Source: a virus. Taken from it: 64,000 nt of DNA. The position numbers were made by a program, and so were the translations under genes. This document shows positions 30,901 to 40,300 of the stretch, piece after piece (position 1 is the first letter of the stretch; every line of letters starts with the position of its first letter). The notes under the pieces are model-generated. The model was given only the letters and a program-made list of their open reading frames with translations. It did no database searches and was not told the DNA's origin. The stretch spans positions 32,001 through 96,000 of the IMG/VR virus record IMGVR_UViG_3300031857_000053; one strand, 5' to 3'.

Positions 30901-33900
30901 TTAGTAGAGATAATATTAATATGCTACTTGATTTTGAAAAAGGATCTGGTGGCGCATATACTCTTACCGAAGAAGATTTAAATACACTTCGTATTCTAGA
31001 AGAAACTAGTGAAGTAAGTGTAGTTTATCCTACTGGAGATAATTCTATAGAAGGATTAGAGAATGATCTTATTTGGAATATAAAAGATATTTTAGCATTG
31101 CCGGAAAACTTTGTTAATCTTATTACACCTAATAGTACTGATACAGTTCAACCAATTGCTACTAAACTTGCACCTTTAGTTAAAGATTATGATCAGATGC
31201 AGAAAACAGCTGGTGATATTACTACTTTATCTAAAGAAGATCAAGCTTTATTAAATGAGAATCCTAATGTGATGGAAGGAACTAGAGTATTGGAAATACT
31301 TTATAATATTTCTAAGCAACAGTATAATCAGATTGGTAAAGAGACTTTAGGTATTGGAGCTGTAGATAATACTTTCAATATTCTATTGAATAGAATTGGA
31401 GCTTATATGAATGCTTATGCTACTGTAAAATCATTTAATGGTAAAAATAAAACTACAATTAGACAAACATTAAAGTTTAAACATAATACTCTTAATATAA
31501 ATGGTCAAGATGTTATTTCTTTATCGCATTTATACGATAATAATGATTTAAATAGAGTTTCAGATATTATCTCTCAAATGATGAATGGTTGGGTGGACGT
31601 TGCAAAAGATGCTTGGATTTTTGATATTCAAGGTAACAAGGATCTTTCTCCTACACTTTTGTTTATGATTCAAGCGGGTGTCTCAATAGAGAATGCTATT
31701 TATATGGTTTCTCAACCTATGGTAAGAGAATATATAAGATTAAAGAAGACCGCTCAAAGTAGTGTATCAGATGTTATTACTGATGTTGATACTAAATATC
31801 CAGGTTTTGCAGCAAAGAAAATGATCATTGATAAATACTTTTCACAAGATGCAGATTTTGGTTCTCAAATTGCTGCAGCAAATGATATTATAAATGATGA
31901 AGTACGTGAAAAAAAATTAAATGCGATCTATGGTAATGTTAATGTCGCTAATACTAGTGCTGAAATTATAAATAGAGTTTTTGGTGATAATGATATTGAT
32001 ACTAAAAAGATGGAAGAGAATATTCAAAAATATTCTGCTGCTGAAAAAAATGGAGAAGATACTAATAAATTATTGTTTAATGATGAATATCAAAAAGCTA
32101 TATTTTTACATTTCTTACAGATAGAACAGATGGGATCTGCTCTTACTAATGTTAAAAAGAATATGAATTTTGACACTAAAAAAGATGCTAGTATCTATGA
32201 GGCACAAAATAGAATGGTTATGATTGATGCTCTTTCAAAAGAAGATCGATTCCCATCAAAGATGATAGATAAACTTATTACAGATTCTCCTATATCAAGT
32301 TTCTATATACAAGAATTTCAAACACAGATTTGGGAAAAATTATTACCACTTCGAACTAATGAAGTATTTAATAAATGGTTAAGTGGTAAGATGGGTGATC
32401 AAGACTTTAAAAATTATGTTGAAGAGAATTTTGGAGAAAATATGATGGAAAAAGCTATTCTTTCTTTGAGAAATAATCTTGTACCATATATATTTCAAAA
32501 TGAACTTAAACAATTTGATTTAAGAACTTTAGATGGATATAAAGGAAACATAGTTGAAATAAGTGAAAAAGGAGAAACAGAACAAGAAAATCTTACTAAA
32601 AAACAACAAAAAGAAGGAGTTAGTGTTCTAAGTATTGGAGCTTTCTTTAAAGATGGAAAAATGTTTATTGATAAAAAAAGTTTAGATAATCAATATAACA
32701 ATGCTTCTTATTTAGGTAATGAAAATAGCACTTATAAAGAATTAGGATTAGCACCAGTTAGTGTTGGAACTTTTAGTTCTTTAAGCGAATATCATCACTT
32801 TGTAGTAGAGAGAGAATATCTTAGAAATCTATATAAGAATACAGATAATGTTAAAGATAATATAGAATACAAAGAAGCTCTTAATGATGCTTTTGAAAAA
32901 AATCCAAAAGGAGAAGAAAGTGAAGATGCGTATAAAAAAAGAATAAGTAAAATTGCTTTTGAAAGTTTCTTAAGAGATAAAGCTTTAGATAATATATTTA
33001 ATAATACAAAATTATTTACAGGGAATAAAACAGCTGCAGATAAATTAGGTTATATAAAATCTCAGTATAAAGATCTTTTACAAACATATCCTGTATTACA
33101 AGTTCTTAATCCTTTATCTACAATATCTGCCGGTAAACTTTATTCTAATATACAATTACAAGATAACTTAGATGATTCAGAAAAAGTTAATTCTTATTAT
33201 AAAAATATTAGAGATCTAGCAGATCCTACCGTGGTAAAAGTTCCTGGAGATCCTGAAGCTAATAAATATATAAGTGATTTCTTTACTAGTTTACCTATTA
33301 TTGGAACATTACAATCAGGTTCTAATACTAAAACTAGATCTTCTTTTACTAGATTAATGCCTTATGATTTATATCTAAGATTAATTGAAAAACCTGCTCA
33401 AAAATATGTTGAAAATATGAGTGATCTTTTATTAGATGTTTATTATTATAAGTGGTCTCAGCAAAATTCAATCTTAAATAAAAATAAAAATAAGTTTGAA
33501 GATTATTATATTACTGAAATTACTTTAGATCGTCTTTTAAAAAGTTCTAGAAAAAATCTTGATAAAGTAGAAATAGAAAAACAAATTAGAGGTTTACAAG
33601 ATAAAAATCAAAGATTTGGATTAAGAGAAACTGAAGATATTTTTTATAAACAACCTAGTGGAGCAAGTATACTTGATACATATAAACTACTTAAAAGAGA
33701 TGATAAAGAAACTGATGAAAGCTATAATCCTAGAAAAGTTAAATATATGCGCGAGTTATTAGAAGCTAATCCTGATAAGATTTTTGTTTATAATAATGAG
33801 AAAGGTCTTGATAGATCTATACCTAAACAGGGAACATCAGATAGGTTATTTAGAAATCAAGGGCAATCTAATGCTTTTGGATTGAATACTTATAATCAAT

Positions 33901-34304
33901 ATAATCTTACAGAAACTACTTTTATTAAAGATGTTGATGGTGATGTTAATCCTAATTTTAAAATAGATTTTGATGCTCAAGTAAAAGAATTACTTCGTCT
34001 TCAAAATGAAGAAGGAAAAGAAATAGTTTTTCCATCATCTGGATTTTTACAAGAACAAATGGGTTATCAATTAGAAGAATCTAATTCTTTAGGTAAGAAT
34101 ACTTATAGTTCTATAGTAGAAAAAAAATTAGGACAAAAAACTTACGAATATGCTTCTCAAGTTTTATTTGAGAAATTTGGCTACGTTAATAGAAATTACG
34201 ATATTACACCCATTGGAAAATTAGTAATAGGAGCTAAACAAAAAGAAAGTAAATCTATTAGTGATGAAATGGTTAGAGATTTAATGTCACATTGTTATTC
34301 ATAA
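21930..34304 (+). CDS. Virion-packaged DNA-dependent RNA polymerase polyprotein (crAss-like/phi14:2 gp66-type) with zincin peptidase and accessory modules, 4124 aa
   Basis: Catalytic GADFDIDKL (DFDID at 30783-30797) preceded by RIPVQG; also DGQGW, FESGSK, STQLRK and VDVAKD motifs; HEAWH zincin at 25740-25754. Confidence 0.9.
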   Translation: MICNLANNESYKPFRKYIFKKLSLAPEGFTLESFTKDIYRKVYDNTTGTPEDKHANAINHVAIGTIFLNRIQALEPSVYDTIKDIDFNKFIKLVNNISKSEPDFSSLEEMLGLKNNPVEELKELNAAAAESRDNSTAGIQMTLFEGSDIKVNEEDEPADTTNNNMVTATEEYQGKDTVQADQDRETINIDNPKSPDYYKANPLYRFYYKVKRGVLKLLQRPGTNFDSSQITIPYNGKKGVYLTVMSSSKLSRDDFKEDPTIGGSNDKKFIYDAGEPVFVLTDVDGIPVKFNEEGQFDENGKLSYHKFRNIYSTQVKDGKVSLYKSANLNALDDVKRVDLLKQKLMKLNPGLSEKNAKAQAEKTILDQLQIIYDIRQALKANPNLIVKTVINGGSMGAVKKDMSVKTPLENLTIGNRDFTIYAVKSDSENSGYTYTNTDATGSYDVEITRPDISQVEGLTDTIVSILFDKGISKDKGVSKAITAETRKELLQNYIFTRTEGLDMFVNEDGGYTVKIGGQEIYRLKNKNYTSVEEAALLEKRKSAEKLVREYFTTLAPQAEILEKDLNDVDMKNIIEGTIDKVRDQFKKGYVFYNTENKKYYRIGYPIHHINAKYQNATYPGLTLSKEGNNTIFTIDRNASYNNYIKKNFTIPFELNESGEIPSLNAFYTYEYAEGELNKIYKPAESTSAQPSTSVKPATRKTYSGKVTKLTLNQIFVFGSNPEGRHGAGAAKDAKDLFGAKYGQGRGMQGQSYALVTKNLKAGFVEPSTGITYKKAGEKSVSKEQIIENIKELYSVAKENTNKEFLIPDYSKSNLNGYTGQEMADMFSAAGPIPNNIVFHKNFDKLITTQPSTSVNPLVEAGIKPSDMFGNAAKDIQMASESTQFIGFGTIMKEGNVSSTDKYAKAWGTKANTGVYTAGDTIMVSGSGNFGRGGVDKTVEAQAIRKTLSEKYKPLLDKAIEAGASFRIGNQYAKGNLSDQLVADYLQKKGYTEEKLNGYSRWVSPTKTTQPSTSVNKGVEISSNAKGLAAALTNPTELAKSKGNIKQSYPIYFQWLDKNGEVRDSNFKDVEQAYQKLKDNSEAKTKPTKENSNNYKLMVDLIKAKLEQHPRLVLEITKQGGSAWILSSTHQPTKQNTVWETGGQNWFIQALNDAYLSTQPSTSVSVDTKADITLPTTPDQQNTNSIDQALNIIDDAINNFDKLKALKLIDQKATVEQIEAAKKWWENHPMSSKIPLYVLFNAVNTKNPTSIANWTLDGITLYQGADYSDLYHEAWHGFTQMFLTKEQKENLYKEVGKKSGGFTDYKGNYTLFKDAKPKQLEEYLAEDFRNYMLSGGKKIAGKAPVRNKIFKFIADILEWLFGNLTREQIANGTESLSTIHDLYEKLRVGNLSEYTFSQSNAQYDKLSKGEILATRNTDKPVDDIDTKNYILNMVDSFLSQYVDRVSEGKRKKYIANARLQAEARGETFVESTAELSYKYTATLLKTAEGRKLAYGYAQEMIKAIHDGLVLLQQNESSEIIRANRKKIIDTLSWTYNNFGDINNLKNNKIDKEGRFQNVIAFHTAKSRLFTKQEKELFFSEDALNEEDLFLIGRDGLGSVGGNEKSSKELASEDILIMMNSLHEVDAKGNTIYVEGTEVEIETKQGVKLKIGVPKLQDFDVTWNILSKKLENNQDAENMYAILSDLAKSKPNLPFKQLLNKLGPIKTAGSAEFRLWTNFWQTFNLSRVGLVYTKVNITTKTESKGEVKELNFDNWEFTARPTKATTSINTIKKNWDYAFRMKDKGDYIGKDSLGQNYLLLDKILEDFKDNIKGKEFEFFKAIGIDFDTNNEDILKEVSSKNSLDTAKRIYNIIKALSNAKYKEEPLIGKPKYTIYAPSQLFKEIYEIGEDKQYVWKDKFEIDSQGNRRKVGTEKKFLVDIGYKTSGEGTRFDNLAEIQAEYSDKWGTNQVTNAEGNTQFDLTLNNFLTVLKNTLNQVQDVKDANGKVIIPAYKVLISLPWMSNLDVDKNPDAESSILLNSLFDLNKNSTKYGERIKDEKTKSGYVEVQLKNLSGVAFNKDDVYDEKKSTSLFNSDPLTKLVADFHTGLMNGNFELMRHSDKGTSFSFFTTSLDKKNINNRNKYLYVDTADFVTSLGTKNAINKYIFPTLNSEFKRIKKFRNIKQAVEDARKETDPEKKKDMFKAIGNTDFNYIEKGSSFVTFQGVLSPETKVKILKQLDKNSLTEYLNTPEGFELKVEIGKDIQNYFNNQIEAVSKKFPVRRSGVKLISGDIIKKIKDHVTANYTEGLGLSQTGKDILRNTDFNKVALRSFVINSWIHNTESIKLVYGNLAQYNMAKEEFHKRNAGSSSTGTLYRTDKAAMDYVNNILNGGDTYAKSIGQTNRYYDGTLNTAIVQDSVQRSVYIEDYSKDLIAEQLKRNGGNQREAEKKVFGYDEKNNKVGTLEKPIKGGLITAYTDMKEGDGQGWVTFDSYRMLLNLEGKWSDSQENLYQKIVKGEQVSSADIAFFFPPQKLQYWGPLGNRLSGKAAIGQKINSDVQLTAMHKFSLVPLIPTVIKDKRIQKLHDKMVREQVDYVTFESGSKISNITSAEKFGENGKQTFDLFYADNKRNISEEPFTINPIYVNYLKNQLEIAPKFKKKVTFSTQLRKLIEDGLVENGVPIDFGRNLSREKRIEAWDAITTEDAKMAASPKYKIYKTYENKLKKLTELKRDQLLEEMGWKMVNGKPVGTIENLVRFVKAELERQNLGDHEIDFLDVVDGGTKLKTDASFSLSADKIEKLLNSIVVNRLIKQKINGEALIQVSTAGYENNEAWDAARGATEEELEKWGTDDLPTYRKGKDGITKAMKVKVALQGKFLSLLNLNHNDGQTIAVYDIVNGKKVLNLESSRTRLNSMIKNEEWLNKENHRKMITMVGVRIPVQGLNSMEFMEVYEFLPEEAGNIIIPPTEIVAKSGADFDIDKLTVMMPNIKTKINKAKITNALLRELGEKNPTLDFSRDNINMLLDFEKGSGGAYTLTEEDLNTLRILEETSEVSVVYPTGDNSIEGLENDLIWNIKDILALPENFVNLITPNSTDTVQPIATKLAPLVKDYDQMQKTAGDITTLSKEDQALLNENPNVMEGTRVLEILYNISKQQYNQIGKETLGIGAVDNTFNILLNRIGAYMNAYATVKSFNGKNKTTIRQTLKFKHNTLNINGQDVISLSHLYDNNDLNRVSDIISQMMNGWVDVAKDAWIFDIQGNKDLSPTLLFMIQAGVSIENAIYMVSQPMVREYIRLKKTAQSSVSDVITDVDTKYPGFAAKKMIIDKYFSQDADFGSQIAAANDIINDEVREKKLNAIYGNVNVANTSAEIINRVFGDNDIDTKKMEENIQKYSAAEKNGEDTNKLLFNDEYQKAIFLHFLQIEQMGSALTNVKKNMNFDTKKDASIYEAQNRMVMIDALSKEDRFPSKMIDKLITDSPISSFYIQEFQTQIWEKLLPLRTNEVFNKWLSGKMGDQDFKNYVEENFGENMMEKAILSLRNNLVPYIFQNELKQFDLRTLDGYKGNIVEISEKGETEQENLTKKQQKEGVSVLSIGAFFKDGKMFIDKKSLDNQYNNASYLGNENSTYKELGLAPVSVGTFSSLSEYHHFVVEREYLRNLYKNTDNVKDNIEYKEALNDAFEKNPKGEESEDAYKKRISKIAFESFLRDKALDNIFNNTKLFTGNKTAADKLGYIKSQYKDLLQTYPVLQVLNPLSTISAGKLYSNIQLQDNLDDSEKVNSYYKNIRDLADPTVVKVPGDPEANKYISDFFTSLPIIGTLQSGSNTKTRSSFTRLMPYDLYLRLIEKPAQKYVENMSDLLLDVYYYKWSQQNSILNKNKNKFEDYYITEITLDRLLKSSRKNLDKVEIEKQIRGLQDKNQRFGLRETEDIFYKQPSGASILDTYKLLKRDDKETDESYNPRKVKYMRELLEANPDKIFVYNNEKGLDRSIPKQGTSDRLFRNQGQSNAFGLNTYNQYNLTETTFIKDVDGDVNPNFKIDFDAQVKELLRLQNEEGKEIVFPSSGFLQEQMGYQLEESNSLGKNTYSSIVEKKLGQKTYEYASQVLFEKFGYVNRNYDITPIGKLVIGAKQKESKSISDEMVRDLMSHCYS
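23994..25418 (+). repeat. Four identical 18-bp direct repeats CAACCATCTACTAGTGTT (QPSTSV) delimiting three in-frame domain cassettes
   Basis: Copies at 23994, 24474, 24954 and 25401 (spacing 480, 480, 447 nt). Copies 2 and 3 share 27 bp (ACTACTCAACCATCTACTAGTGTTAAT). Confidence 0.95.
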
Positions 34305-34307
34305 GAT

Positions 34308-37300
34308 ATGTTAGTTTGCCCAAATAAAAACACAACTGAGTGGAAAGATCTTGTAGCCACCGTAGGAGAATTTGAAGCTTTTAGAGACTTCATAGAAAGT
34401 GATTATAATATTAGAGATCCTAAAGTAGTTTTAGAAAAACTTATTAAAAGAGGTATAACTACTACTTCTGAAAAAGTTATTGAATCTTCTATTCAAGAAG
34501 TAAAACCAGGAGTACCAGAACTATTTGATTCTAATCCTGAATTAGCTAATGTTGTATATGAAGCTTTAGGGTTTATTGCAAACATTAATAAATTAAAAAT
34601 TCAAGATTTTAAAACTAAAATAGGCAACTCTGAAAATATTCAAGATGTAGTAGAAAAACTTAAAAAGTATGTAGAAGAATTTAAAGATGCTTATTTTGTA
34701 AATTCCACAAATGAAGATATTCAATCTGATATTTATTTTATAAAAAAAGAAGCAGAAGATAAGTTAAAACAATTTCAAAAAATAGACGACAATATTAAAT
34801 TTGAACTTGTTACAACAAAAGGATTATCTAATAAACAAATAGATGTATATAAATCTGTTATTGATTTTATAAGTAAAAATCCTACGGCTAACCCAAATTC
34901 TGAAAACTATAATCCTAAAGTAATAGAATCATATTTAAAATATGAGCATGAACTAACAGACAAAGAATTAAGAAATATATTTAAAGGCAAAGAAAAACAA
35001 AGGCTTTTAGATTTTATATTTTCACAATTAAGTTTAGCTCAAGCAAGTACAGAAGAAGGAATAAGTGAGTTGCCTGAAAATTTAGTAGAAAAAGAACTAT
35101 CTAAAGTAACCCCACAACAAAAACAACAAGCTCTACAACTCTACTCTCAATATCTTGATTCTATATTTCCTCAAAATACCATAGTATATAGAGGTAGTGA
35201 AAAAGGAAGAACACAATTTAATACAAGAGGATTTTTCACAGAAAAACTATCTTATGCTAAAGAATATGCCTTCGATAAGGGATTTGTTGCTAAATCTGGT
35301 GAAGGTATAGTTAATACATTCTTGATTAATACAGCTAATGTAAAGAATGTAGGAGAAATGAATACTAAATCTATAGAAAATGAAACACAAGATTCTGTGT
35401 TAAAAGGTGTAGACAAAGGTAGAGCTAGAGAATCAGGTGTAGTATATGCAACTACTTCAAAGAACTTACATGAATTAGGTGGTAAACAAGATATAGAAGG
35501 ATTTAAAGAGTTTGTTAATGAACCACAAACTATTATTAAAGAAAGTGTATCAAATCCTTTAGTAGAAGATTTTTTTAAAATTAATGAGCAGGAGATGACC
35601 ATTACTCCATTAGATACTAATAATGCTAATGCAGTAGGGGCACTAACAGCTTTAGCTACTCAATTATCAGAACAATTAGTAGTAGATGGTGAAAAATTTA
35701 AATATCAATTTATAACAGAAGAACAAGCTGCTGCTTTACTTGCTGATAGAAATGAAGAGTGGGATCCAAGTAAAAAAGCTTTTTTCGTTGGCGATACTGT
35801 TTATTTAGTTGGAACAAACCTTAATCTAAATGATGTATTCCACGAGTTCTCTCATCCTTTCCTTAGAAGTATAGCTAAAGCTAATCCACAATTATTTGAA
35901 AAACTTTATCAAACTTTAGCATCTACTCCAGAAGGACAACTTATTATAGATTTTGTAAAAAATAATTATAATGTAGAAGAAGGTAGTATCTATTTTAAAG
36001 AAGAAGTATTAGTACAAGCTCTTACTGCTATTGCAGATATAAATAGAAACAACTTAGTTCCTAGTTCAGGATTCTCAAACTTTATTAAAAATCTATTATA
36101 CCAAATAAAGCAATTTATTAGAAAAGTATTTGGATCTAAAGCTGATGCTAAATCTCCAATAAAAATATCCAGCTTAAATGAAAATACAACTTTGAGAGAA
36201 TTATCTGAAATGCTTAAGGGTGGTACCAAGTTTGAGATTGTAGAAGATAGTTTAACGGAAGAAGATTTTGTAGCTTATAATAAATCGCGTGATGAGATTC
36301 TTACAGATTTAATGAAGCTAAAACAATCAGATAAGATAGCATTAACAGTTCTTGCTCATGATACAGCTCTAAAACAAATTGAGACAGTAATGAGAAGTGG
36401 GAATTATGCTGAGATAGCTAACCTATTAGCTGATGAATTTAAGCGAGGAGATCTTAATGAGATTAAGCGTAACTTAGTAAAGTTTGCTAAGCCTATGGAG
36501 GATATGCTTCTTGATAAAAAGAATGCTATCGAATATACCAAAGCTCATGTTGAAGCTTTCATGGCTTCTCTTTTAAGGATGGATAAAATGCTTAAGACAA
36601 TAGAGAAGCATTTAGAAAGTTTGAGATCAGATATGGATAATATTGATAATCTTCAAAAAGCTTTTTATTATGATTATCTTCTTTCAGATTGGAAAAAATT
36701 TGTTGATCAATTAAGAGAAGCTGCAGATGGAGCAAGGATACCATCTGATTCCGCATTAGAAAGTTTAATATCTAGTCTTGATGGTTCAATTAGAAAAGCT
36801 AAAACATTAACTGGAGAATTTTATCAAGAAGGATCTAAAGATGTTTTATATGCTCAGTTATTACCAATGGCAGAAAAACTAGCTGAGAAGTATAGTAAAA
36901 TTTTTGAAAGTTTAAATAAACCGGGTAAGGTTGCTTCTGATAAAATACAAAATATGTACTATAAAGAGTACTATGGTATGACAAAAGCAGAACACGAGAG
37001 ACATACAACACTCGAAGATCTTAATAGAAAAGGTACTTTAGGAACACAAGAACTTAAAGAGCTTGAAGGTTTAAGATTGTTATCGATGAATGGTGCCCAG
37101 ATTACAAAATATAAAATTGAGATGGCGCTTAAGGGTACATATCGCGATGCTAATGTTTGGAACTCTTTCTTCGAAGGATATACTTTTAATACCGATCCTG
37201 TAATAGGTGGTTTTGCAACTTTTGTTAAAGATGCTATGTCGGATGCTATAGCTAATGCTATGGATAAGATGAATAATTATGCTGCAGATATGAGTGGTCT

Positions 37301-40300
37301 ATTAACAGCAGCTGGTTATAATCCTTCTAATCCAACAGGTCTTATTGATAAAATAGGAAGACCAGAACTTATAGGTAGAGTAAATCCGGATACAAAAGAA
37401 TGGGAAGAAAAACCAGTTTGGACTTTGATGAGTTTACATAAAAATTGGAAAATTGAATTAGATAGAAAGCGTAGAGATATAGATAATGCTCAAAGAGATT
37501 ATATAGAAAATGGTACTGATGAAAATAAGAAAAAACTTTCTGATGCTATTGCTTCTAGAAAAAAATTAATGCGAGATTATTTTTATCAAGAGTATGATCA
37601 AAAAGTTTATTTACGTGAAAGATTATTAGAAGATCCTTTAGGTAGAGCTGCAGCTTATGAGATAGAAAAAGTAATGGATGAGATTACTAAATTAAATCGT
37701 TTAGCTATAAATCAACTTGAAGAAATTAAAATTGCTGAAAAATTAGATTTATTATGGCAAGATTATAATCAATTATTTTCTGAGATTGATCTTAATGGTA
37801 ATCGTAAAACAGGTGAAGCTTTATTAATTGCAAAAAGATTAAAAGAATATCGTGCTGCAGATATTGATCCAGCTACAGGTAAATCTTTTAGAGAATCTAA
37901 ATTAATTCGTGGATTATTTGAAAATACATTAGCTCAATTTGAACAAGAACTTATAGATATTGAAAAGCTTGTTCCAGGTTCTGATGAATTTAAATTAAGA
38001 CGTAGCGAGTGGATAAGAAAAAATACTCGTGTAGTTGTTAAACCAGAATTTTATGAGCAAATAAAAATTTGGACTGCTGCTGTTGCTGAGATCTTAGCTA
38101 AGTTACCTGATGCAGAAAGAAAAAAAGTTACTATTGCTCAGATCATGAGTGATATTACTGATTTAACATCTGGTAATAGAGATGAAAGTGGACAAATAAA
38201 TGGTACTAATTTTACTCCAGATGCTGCTTCTTTTATTAAAGGGCAACAAGAGAAAATGATTAAAGCTCAAGAAGAATTTGATGGTATCAATGGTTTAACT
38301 AAAAAAGAATCTAAATATCTTTCTTATCTATTTGATATCATTAATGAAGGTGGTGTATTAGATGCTGATGAAAAAGCTGATATGAAAGCTCTTTTAGAAA
38401 AGAAAAAAGATGGATTAAGTTTCTTTGATAAACAAACTTTATACGCTTTATTTGCTAAACTTAGAGATTTTAAAAAGAAAGATGCTACTTCTTATTATAC
38501 AGCTATTTTTAATAATCATTTAAGTAAACTTGATACTAATATACTTCAACCATTATTAGAAGGAAGAAATATAAATAGTGCTACAGCTAATTTAGTTTTA
38601 GAAGAGTATATAGTTAATAATTTAATTAATCAAAATACTCCGGAAGGACAACAATTTAAAGATTGGTTTTTAAAAAACCATATACAAAAAGAAGTCTATG
38701 ATAAAGATTTAGGGGAAACAAAAAAAGTTTGGGAAAGAATTTATATTTGGAATATAAATAAACCAGTTGATGAAAATTATTATGATAAACATACTTTTGT
38801 AAATTCTAATGGAGAGTCAGAAACATTACCTGGATTACCAGCTTATAAATATTATAAGAGTGTTGTAAAATCTCAATATAGAACAGAAAGAATAATTGGT
38901 AAAACAGTGGATAATATGAGAAACTGGTTACCAAGAGAAGATGTTCCAAATAGTCCATATATCAATGAAGATTATTTAAGATTACAAAAAGAAGATCCTG
39001 CGCATTTTGCTGTTCTTGAAAAGATGAAAGAACATCATATAAAAAATCAAGAGGGATTAGGTTATAAAAGTCGTCTTTATTTAGATGTTCCACGTTATAG
39101 AAAAAATAATGCAGAGTTACTTAAGACTAGAAGTATAAAACAACTTTCTAAATTAGCTGCTCAAGGTAATCTACCTTTTCTTTCAATTATAATGGAAAGA
39201 GCTAGAGATTTCTTTAGAAGAGCTAAAGATGAATATGGTTCTCAATATGGTTGGGATGATACTAAGATGTTAGTTAGAGCTGATATGTTTAGCAATGATG
39301 TAATTAGTGTTCCTATTACAGGTTTATATGATCTTAATATTGATGATGTATCTACAGATCTTAATGAGTCTATTAATAGATATATGTTTTCTGCAGAAAG
39401 ACAAAAAAAATTAATTGAGATTAGTCCTATTGCTAAAGCTTTAAGACAAACACTTAATGATCCAAAAAACATGCTTGATGATACCACTAAATTAGATAAG
39501 TGGAATTTTCTTAATAGAGGAATGATGACCTATATAAAAAAGAAAGGTTATTATGTTAGAAAAAGCGCTGTAAATAATTTTATTGAAAGAGAGTTTGAAG
39601 GTAAAACAACTGCTGGTTGGAGTAAGGATATTCCTTGGATGCAAAATTTAGCTAATCTAGTATTAGGAAGAGCTTCTTTTGCTTTTTTTGCTTTGAATAT
39701 TCCATCAGCTTTAAAGAATGTTTTTAGTGCTAAATATCAATCTATGATTGAATCATCTGGTGGACAATATGTAGATAGGATGAGTCTTCTTAGAGGTGAA
39801 GGATGGGGTTTTAAAACTATGATGCAAGTTTCATCAGAGATATATAAACGTGGAGTTAAGCCTTTGAATATGCAAATTGCAGATAGCTTTGATATTGTTT
39901 CTGATAGAGCTGAACAAAAGTTACCAGAGTCTATGTCTAGAAACTTTACTGAAGATGTAGCTAGTATGACTTGGTTATATAATTTTAGAAAGTGGACTGA
40001 AGATGAGGCTCAAATGCAATTGGGATCATCTATGTTATACAAGAGAAAGATTATGATGGCGGGTAAAGAAGTTAGTTATATGGAAGCTTGGCAGCTTAAA
40101 GATAATAAACTTGCTCTTAAAGATGGTATAGATATTAGATATGCAAATAAGCCTACTGAATATTTAGTTCAAGAAGGAGATACACTTTCTTCACTTGCTA
40201 AAAAATTCAATATGCCAGAGGATGCTATTAAGAGATTATATGAAGAAGAAGATCTTTACGAAGGTAAAAAAATCAAAATAAACAATATCTACTTTAAAGA

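Noticed and set aside
1907-39487. Short opposite-strand and alternate-frame ORFs inside the large structural genes
   Set aside because: They are shadow ORFs fully inside long motif-bearing genes, with low-complexity Ile/Ser/Phe-rich translations.
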